From Macrostomum lignano (lineage: Eukaryota), in the NCBI GenBank assembly GCA_002269645.1, contig NIVC01000403.1, positions 133,076 through 197,075 of the forward strand: 64,000 bases of DNA. Direction: 5' to 3'. Positions within the stretch are counted from its first letter, which is position 1, and each line of letters opens with the position of its first letter. The notes under the pieces are model-generated. The model saw only the letters and a list, made by a program, of their open reading frames with translations, ran no database searches and was not told the DNA's origin. Position numbers and translations under genes: made by a program. Positions 55,668-64,000 of this stretch are shown one piece after another.

Positions 55668-57367
55668 TTACGGCCGGCAGTATTTGTAGCGGTTGTTCAT
55701 GTGCTGGGAGAAGGAGCCGCTGTGTGAGAACCGCTTGCCGCACCGGCCGCACTGGAACGGCTTCTCTCCGCTGTGCAGGCGCTCGTGCTCCGTCAGGTGG
55801 TGCTTGTGCTTGAATGCTTTGCTGCAGGTGGAGCAGGAGAACGGCCGGATGCCTGCGGCGGAGTGTGCGCGTCATATGCTTAGCTGTCTATCGTCAGGGA
55901 GGAGGTACGGGTTGGGCCTGATCTACCCTTATCTATCTGCCCCAGCTACCGCAGCCCATCTCTCTACCCCACCTACCACCTAGGCAGTCTACCCTACCTC
56001 TACCCCAATGTCTACTATTTCTCAACCCCCATCTACCACAGTCTATCTCTCTACCACAAACCCTACCATTTCTCTACCCCAAACCCTACCATCTCTCTAC
56101 CCCAAACCCTACCATCTCTCTACCCTAAACCCTACCATCTCTCTACCCTAAACCCTACCATCTCTCTACCCCAAACCCTACCATCTCTCTACCCTAAACC
56201 CTACCATCTCTCTACCCTAAACCCTACCATCTCTCTACCCCAAACCCTACCATCTCTCTACCCCAAACCCTACCATCTCTCTACCCTAAACCCTACTATC
56301 TCTCTACCCTAAACCCTACCATCTCTCTACCCCAAACCCTACCATCTCTCTACCCTAAGCCCTACCATCTCTCTACCCTAAGCCCTACCATCTCTCTACC
56401 CTAAACCCTACCATCTCTCTACCCTAAACCCTACCATCTATCTACCCCAAACCCTACCATCTCTCTACCTAAACCCTACCATCTATCTACCCTAAACCCT
56501 ACCATCTCTCTACCTCAAACCCTACCATCTCTCTACCCCAAACCCTACCATCTCTCTACCCTAAGCCCTACCATCTCTCTACCCCAAACCCTACCATCTC
56601 TCTACCCCAAACCCTACCATCTCTCTACCGCCCTACCATCTCTCTACCCTAAACCCTACCATCTCTCTACCCTAAACCCTACCATCTCTCTACCTAAACC
56701 CTACCATCTATCTACCCTAAACCCTACCATCTCTCTACCCCAAACCCTACCATCTTATCTACCTCAACCTACCCCACCATCTATCTACCCTAAACCCTAC
56801 CATCTCATCTACCCCAAACCCAACCATCTTATCTACCTCAACCTACCCCACCATCTATCTACCCTAAACCCTACCATCTCATCTACCCCAAACCCAACCA
56901 TCTTATCTACCTCAACCTACCCCACCAGCTCTCACCTGTATGCTCGTATCGGTGCCTCGTTAGCGAGCTCAGCTTAGAAAACACTTTGCTACATTTTTCG
57001 CACGGGAAACAGTCGCCTCCGCCGCCGCTGCCGCCAACGCCGACTCCTCCAAGCCCGCCGCCAGACTGGGCGCTGTCGGGCCGGTCGCCGACAAGCGGGC
57101 TGATCTGAAAGCAAAGAAGCAGATTTTTGTATTTAATTCCATTTCCATCTTCCTACCTTTAAAATGACTTGTCAGCCTATAATGACAACAATATTAACAA
57201 TAAATTTGCCTGAATTATTTAGCCAGGTGGCCCCTATTCAGCGGATTAAAGACATTCTGCCTGCTGGCCCATTGTGGCGCAGCTAAAGCCTCCGGGGATG
57301 AAGCGGCTAAGGTAGATAGGTGATTGGGGATAAGGTTGGGAGTCTCTTCAGAATCTTGAATTTCTTG

Positions 57368-57398
<31 letters not shown>

Positions 57399-58583
57399 TC
57401 AAAACCTACAGCTATCGGGCTGCTCCGGTCCCATGGGGAAGAGATGGCTTTGCTCATCTGTTGTCCTATTTCGGTGCTGCTTCAGCCTCCTACTAGCCTA
57501 TATAATGCATACGCATGATTGTATACATTATATATCTATATTATGCAGGTCTATCTTCAGTTCACGTGGAGATGAGGGCTGGCGGCGGCAGCGGCGTAAC
57601 ACTGAAGGGGGATGGGCGAGGTAATTTTAGGCAAACTGCGGTTGCACCAACCCCCCTCCTTTATTCCGCCTACTCGACTCGTTCGGATCTTCCTCCTCCT
57701 TCCTCAGCTAGGAGAGCGGCGGGAGGCGCCTTCTTCTGGGCCGCCTCTTCAAGGCCGGGACTCTCCTCACCTTAACTTCGTTAGCCGTCAAGTCGTAGGT
57801 GCCGCGCCGCTAATCAGCATGCGTAAGAGAGAATGATTTAATTTATCCCCTCCCCGCCTATACCGACTCCCTTACCGCCGCCCACCGGCGCCAGTCTAAT
57901 GATGACTATCGGACTCTAAAGAGACGAAAATGCAAAATAAATCGAGAGGAGCTGACTGACTCACGGGAGCTCGCAGGAGGGCTCGAGCGGTGGGCGCAAC
58001 GCGAATGAGAAAGTGGAGCGGACCGCCCAGCAGTTTCAGATACATAGGTGGCCTTGGCCAGGAGGAAACTGAGGCGGCGGAATGGGAGAACGAGGGGCAG
58101 GGAGGAGAGCAGCGGAGGCCCCGCCTCTCCACCTCGGCGCCGCCGCGCTTTGGAAGTGCCCGCGGTGGCTATCGAAGGCCCAGCTAGGGGGGTAGGGGGG
58201 GGGGGGCTGGGAAAAGTAATTTAGCGGCCTATGTAAATTTATTGATTTTCCCAGATTCCTGCGCACCGCCTTCGCCTGTCTGAAAAGCTCGCCCTGCGCT
58301 TTCTCTTTCTCTCTCTCTCTGCTCAGATTTCCCATCCTTTGGGATCCTTTTTCTGGGAGCGGTGGGCCTAGCTCTCCTGACAGTTATTGGTAGAGCTGTC
58401 AGGTGGGAGGCCGGCCCAGCTGATCTTGATGAGCGGGAAAAAAGAGACTGGCTACTGGGAAAACTCTAAAACAGACGGGGAAAATTCTTGGACAGCTCGC
58501 AAATTGTGCAAATTTTGCTGAAAGTTGACATTTCGGCCATAGACATCAGCACTAAGAACACTGCCAGCAGCCCCATTTCCCAT

Positions 58584-58655
<72 letters not shown>

Positions 58656-61343
58656 AGTTTTGAAAACTGTTATTCAATTTAGTTAAGATAAGAATTATCA
58701 AATTGCTTGCCTATTTCACGTCTATGGGCAAGACCAAATCTACTGCTGCCAAATGGGAATTCTCTACTTGGTTGGCTTAACTATCAACTTGGCTGATGTG
58801 CAGCCGGATTTTTATACGGATTTCGCAGGACCGGAAGAGAGGAGAGAAGGGGAGAGAGGAGAGGAGAAAGGAGAGGAGAGAGGAGAGAGAGGAGAGGAGA
58901 AGAGAGAGGAGAGGAGAGAGGAGAGGAGAGAGGAGAGAGGAGAGGAGAGGAGAGGAGAGAGGAGAGAGGAGAGGAGAGGAGAGAGGAGAGAGAAGAAAGG
59001 AGAGGAGAGGAGAGGAGAGGAGAGGAGAGGATAGGAGAGGAGAGGAGAGGAGAGGAGATGATAGGATAGGGGAGAGGATAGGAGAGGAGAGGAGATGAGA
59101 GGATAGGAGAGGAGAGGAGATGAGAGGATAGGAGAGGAGAGGAGAGGAGAGGAGAGGAGAGGAGATGAGAGGATAGGAGAGGAGAGGAGATGAGAGGATA
59201 GGAGAGGAGAGGAGAGGAGAGGAGAGGAGAGGAGAGGAGAGGAGAGGAGAGGAGAGGAGAGGAGAGAGGGAGAAGGGAGAGGAGAGGGGAGGAAAGAGGA
59301 AAGAGGAGAGAGGAGAGAAGGGAGTGGAGAGGAGAGGGGAGAGGATAGAAGAGGAGGAGAGAGGAGAGAAGGGAGAGAAAAGACAAGAGAGAGGCTTCGC
59401 GGGCCGCATGTGGCCCACAGGCCGAGTTTGCCGACCCCTGACTTAATTTGTCAATGGGGAAAACTGCCCAATCTACTAATTTTCGCTCACCAGTCCGTCG
59501 GAAGCGAGCCTGGCCGAGCCGTAGCTGCTATCAAGGGCGTCATCGCTCATCTGTTCTGCCTCGTCTGGCGCCGGCTCCCGCTTGAGGCAGAGGTCCAGCA
59601 CTTGGTCGGCCGCGCTTAGCGCCTGCTGCTCCAATGCCAGCTGATGCTGGTTGATGTGCTGGGGCTGGTGCTGGTGCTGGTGCTGCTGAAGGAGCTGCAG
59701 TTGCTGGCGATGCAGCTGGTAGGGCTGCTTCAGCTGCTGATGCGAAGCGAAGGCCGGCCATTTGGAGGAGGCGGTCGGCATCAGACGGAGATCCAACGGC
59801 TCGGCTTGTTCCGCCGTTACCATGGAAACTGAACTCGGCTTGTCCGAGATTGACGCGGATGCGGCAGCTGCAGCCGCCGCGGCAGCCGCAGCGGCCTGAG
59901 CAGCTCGCATGGGATTCTGGCTGCTGGCGATGGCGGGCAAGTAGGCCGGCCACGGGTAGGCGGGCTGCGCAGCCGGCAGCCACATGCCGCCGCCGCTGCC
60001 GCCAGTCAGCGGGAACGGGATCATGCAGGTATTCTGCACAATCTGCAAATTGTGAATCACCGCCTCCTTGCTGGTGGCGGCGGCGGCGGCGGTGCACACC
60101 GGGCTCCGACTGGTCAACGAGCTTGGCAGCAGCGCCTGGGTCGACGACGGCTGCGTCGACTGCGGCTGCGGTGGTGGCGGTGGCGGCGCGGGCACGGGCA
60201 CGCCCGTGGCTTTGATCTCCTTGCCCTGGCGACGGTCGCGGGATCGCGAGTTCTGGAACCAGACGCGGACAACCTTCGGTGACAGTCGGGTTGCAGACGC
60301 GATTCGCTGCAGGTCCATCGCAGTTGGCAGCGGATTGGACTGGTAGAACACCTTCAACGCGTTCACTTGGTCCGCGTGAATCACCGAGCGAGTCCGCTTT
60401 TCTCGGTCGGCGCTGCCGCCACTGCCGCCGCTGCCGCCGCCGCCGACTCCGCCATTGATGCTACTTCGCTCGGCGTCCGCCATCAAAGCGTCGCCGTCGG
60501 CTTCGTCGAATTCGGCGCCGCAAGACGCCGCAGTGGAAGCGGCGGCGCCGTCCGGGTCGGCCTCGTTCGACTCGTCGCGTTGTCGATGCTGGAAGCCAAC
60601 GGCCGGTGTAGCGGATTTGCCGCTGCCGCGCACAGTCTCCAGGATTCGCCGGATCGAGCTGAGATCTTCTCCGCAGGACGAGGCGCCGTCCGGAGATCGG
60701 CCGCCCACGGAGCCGCCGCCGCTGCCGACGGCAGTTTCGTCCATGCTAGCCGGAATCAGCGGCGGCGGCGGCGGCAGAAGCATTGGCTGGCGATGCAGCT
60801 GAGGAAACTGCAGCTCAGGCTGCCGCTGAGTCAGCGGCGGCGGCGGTGGCGGCGGCGGAGGTGGCGGAGGCGTGGCAGGCACAGAGCATTCCGCCGGCGT
60901 AACGCAACCGCCGCCAGGCTTCGCAGGCGAGACGACAGCGGCGCACTTCTTCGATGTCATGTGGCTGCTGTACGAGCCGCTGTGGGAGAAGCGCTTGCCG
61001 CATGACTGGCACATGAAGGGCTTTTCACCCGAATGGATGCGCACGTGCTCCTTGAGGTGGTGCTTAAACTTGAACGCCTTGCCGCACTCTTGACATTTGA
61101 ATTTGCGCAGCTCCGAGCTCTCGTTGTGACTGATGAGGTGCCGCTGCAGCCGGTAGATGTTGGCGAACATCTTGTTGCAGACGGTGCACTTCTGCGCGTC
61201 GGGACTGTGCTCGGCGCTGTGCCGATCGAGGTCGGTTTTGCTCAGGAAAATTCCGCCGCATTCGATGCAAGCAAAAGTGCCGTCGGCGTTCGCTTCAACG
61301 TCAATGTCCTCGGCGGCAGCTTCCGTAGGGCTGGCCGCGGGTG
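55668..61343 (-). CDS. zfh1: Zfh1/ZEB zinc finger-homeodomain transcription factor; 5' exon(s) not located
   Basis: Exon 61343-59491 has the N-terminal fingers ([34 protein letters not shown]), a homeodomain with [14 protein letters not shown] and a CtBP-type PLDLR motif. Exon 57104-56936 has [13 protein letters not shown]. Exon 55852-55668 has [25 protein letters not shown] and TAA. Splice phases are consistent. Confidence 0.95.
56050..56928. repeat. Minisatellite, 23-bp unit AAACCCTACCATCTCTCTACCC(T/C)
   Basis: Fills most of the last zfh1 intron and begins within ~10 bp of the donor site. Confidence 0.95.
58586..58655. repeat. (CT)n microsatellite
   Basis: Dinucleotide run in the zfh1 intron. 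Confidence 0.95.
58838..59392. repeat. (GGAGA)n polypurine tract
   Basis: ~550 bp of almost exclusively A/G on the plus strand, in the zfh1 intron. Confidence 0.95.
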
Positions 61344-64000
61344 CTGCGGGGACGGAATGAAAATTTTGTTTGAAATCGAAAGCGTCTCAACCATCAATGT
61401 CTTAGATTGGGAAATTTAAAAATCAATCTAAAGTGTCCAGAATTATACTTCTATTTGAGTCATTGACATTTCACCTGACAATAGTCTCCAATTGATATCA
61501 ATTTACCTTCTTCGCCAGCCGAGTTGACGCTGTGATTTAGGCTGCGAGCAGTCAATTTCGGAATTTTATCAATGTCGACACTCATTGCTGTAAAATAATG
61601 AAGTGTTACACAGGAGTTATAATGTCGCATAAACTCTATTAAGCCAATTAGAACACGAGAATGAGCACTCACGGTACGTGTCGGCCATTGGGGCCAGATT
61701 CTGATTCTCGTCCGGCTTCATCAGAGCATTGGTTTCTTCCTCTGTTGCAGGTGTCCCCGCCTGAGTGGCAGCTGGCTCGTGAGCAGCTTTGGTGGGATCG
61801 CCGCCCTCAGTGTCTGAAGTTTACAGCGAGGAGAATTTGGTTCGCCAGGGTCAGTTTGGCGCCATATATAGCCAGACTGTCTGAACGTTTACCAGCAGAG
61901 AACGCATTAATAATTTGGAATTTTGACTTTTTTGCACAACTAAAAAGATAAGAAGACAAATGGAGGCAGTTTTTTATTATTATTTCACGCCTTGACACGC
62001 AATTAGAGTGTGCTCAGCCAGAGTGTGCTGTGCCCTGCTCAACAGACAGAAATATATCTTTCGACATTTTTGTTGCTTTACACAGAGGACAAATAGAAAT
62101 TCAATTGGGTTTTCTTCCACCTACTATAGTGTATCTTCCCATGCGGCCAGCCACTGCCGGACTAAACCTATAGACTCTGCAGCAGACCGGGTGTCACGTC
62201 ACTGACTATACTCAAGGTATGGGGGTGGTGGACTCTCCAAGCAATACAGGTCGAAAATCGATCACGCCAGGGCCTCGTGCCGCGAATGCAGCAGACGCAG
62301 CGCCGGTTCCCACAAGGTATTTTAGGAGCAGCAATCGAGGTTCGAGCTGCAGGCAGAAGGCCCCCCCCCCCGACTAGTATATTAGAGCCAGGCAATGGAT
62401 CGCAAAGTCAACAACGGAATAATAACAACAAACGGATTGTTACTTTGAAAGGCAAGAGAAGAATAAGATGAAGAAGCACTGCATGAAAGCAACACTAACT
62501 GCACATGGTGCAAGATACAAAGTATCAATGTCAATTCTGCAGCAACCCACGCGTCCAGAGCGCAAGACTTTTATTCCTGTCTCTCTCACTCTCTCTTGCG
62601 CAAATTGTTACTGCCGAGCTCGACCGACGGAAAGGCACAATAATGATTAAGAGCCAAAATGATTATTTTCCTTATTATTGCATATACATAATGCACACGT
62701 CGAGTTGGATAAGGTATTAAAAAAACAAAAGATTCAGGACGGCAATACGCCGCCCTCTTCGAGCCTTCACTTTGCGGTTGACAGCAAGTCCGGAGGAGGC
62801 GGCATAGCAATGGCGCAGTTACCCAGGAGACACCCGCTATTTGACGTGTCACATTCTGTTGGTTCTACCAACTTTTCACTTTGCACAGTTTCTCTGCCTT
62901 TCTCTCGGATCTTTTTTCTTAGCAGGAATTAGCCTCTCACCGGGGCTCTGTAGAGAGGGGGCCAGATATGATTAGTGCGCTGTGCAGCTGGAGACTTTCT
63001 GCTTCATCTCACGGCTGCGCATGCGACTGTTGATATGCATACTATAGCGCCCGTGCTGAAGGCCCACTGCTTAATATCTGCAGTCACCAGCGATTATACT
63101 AAATGCTTGCGTTCGTGCACAAATTGGCTCGAATGAAACCCAAGCGGGGGGAGGTGCACAGACTGGTTCTCACAATTGTCAAAAGCCAGAAAAACTGCAC
63201 AAATAGCTCTTAGTTAATACTTCGTAGGGCATAGCCTAACGGTGTTATTCAAAAAATAACAATTTCCTAGTGCGAAAACCTATATATGACTTCATTCTAC
63301 TGATAGAGCCAAAAAGATTCTTAACCAGGAACAGAAGGGTTAGAACTCAAAAACGCTCTATATTTGTGTAAAACTTGAAAGGATTGAATAAGAACGGAAC
63401 GTTCCCCATGTTGGGGCCTGGTCAAACACCTCTATAAGAAAGAAGGATGAGCTATTGACCAGCACAGATTGGCGCTCCTTCTGCTCCTCAATCGGCCCGT
63501 GTGTGTGTGTGTGTGTGCTAATGTGTTAGAGGCGCCGTGTTTGCTGATTGAGCGGTGTGGATTCTCTCACTCACTGTGTGTGTGTGCAGGCACGCGTTCC
63601 AATCCATCTCATGCTTCTTCCCAGCCATCGGGCCTGCTGCTCCTCCAGATTGCTCGAGCTTTTTGAGCATTTCGCCGCCGCGCGAGGCGAGAGAGAGAGA
63701 GCGAGAGAGAAAAGTGAGAGACCCGAGATTAAGCAGCCAGGAGGCGGGGCGAGATTGGTGGGCAAAAAAGGGGGAGGAAACAAGACAAGACGGAACCGCG
63801 CCGGCGCGGAGATTACCTCAAAAATTGATCTCCTCAACCCTCTCCTCCTCCTCCTCATCCGACATCGGGGGAAATGGGAGATGCAACGGAGGTCCAGCTT
63901 CACCCCCAATGCAGCCCTGCGGAATATTTGCCCAGAAATCTTCCGGGCGGTGTGTCGAAGATGGCTGACTGGGAGGGTCTTAGGAAACAGTTAGCCGCTA

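Noticed and set aside
59540-61419. Multiple antisense and alternate-frame ORFs over zfh1 (also over OGA, SLC10 and the retroelements)
   Set aside because: These are GC-rich shadow ORFs of real coding sequence, with no recognisable domains.
62000-64000. Candidate first exon or promoter of zfh1
   Set aside because: No ATG-to-donor exon in the required phase 1 could be supported. It may lie beyond the window.

Overview
Eukaryotic (animal) genomic DNA, not prokaryotic: GC-rich exons, GT-AG introns and dense minisatellite arrays. The style resembles the flatworm Macrostomum, but this is an inference. I reconstructed four spliced minus-strand genes with phase-consistent splice sites: O-GlcNAcase (OGA/MGEA5-like, 3698-18797, first exon not found), an SLC10/P3-type bile acid:Na symporter-family protein (21577-26245), a hunchback-like zinc finger gene (39151-42860, 5' part not found) and a zfh1/ZEB zinc finger-homeodomain gene (55668-61343, 5' part not found). 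A further membrane-protein exon probably runs off the left edge. Mobile DNA comprises a full-length LOA-clade-like non-LTR retrotransposon (29273-35019; APE-RT-RNase H-CCHC; 13-bp TSD) inserted in a 32-bp satellite, a 5'-truncated element of a related family (49696-51732; 14-bp TSD), a palindromic mariner derivative (16881-17865), a decayed RTE-like fragment and a small MITE. The best finding is a complete HDV-like (nested double-pseudoknot) self-cleaving ribozyme fold whose predicted G1 is the first base of the full-length retrotransposon. It has an unusual A-U/C-G P1.1 and a ~170-nt structured J1/2. Most long ORFs in the supplied track are translations of tandem repeats or antisense shadows of the genes above.
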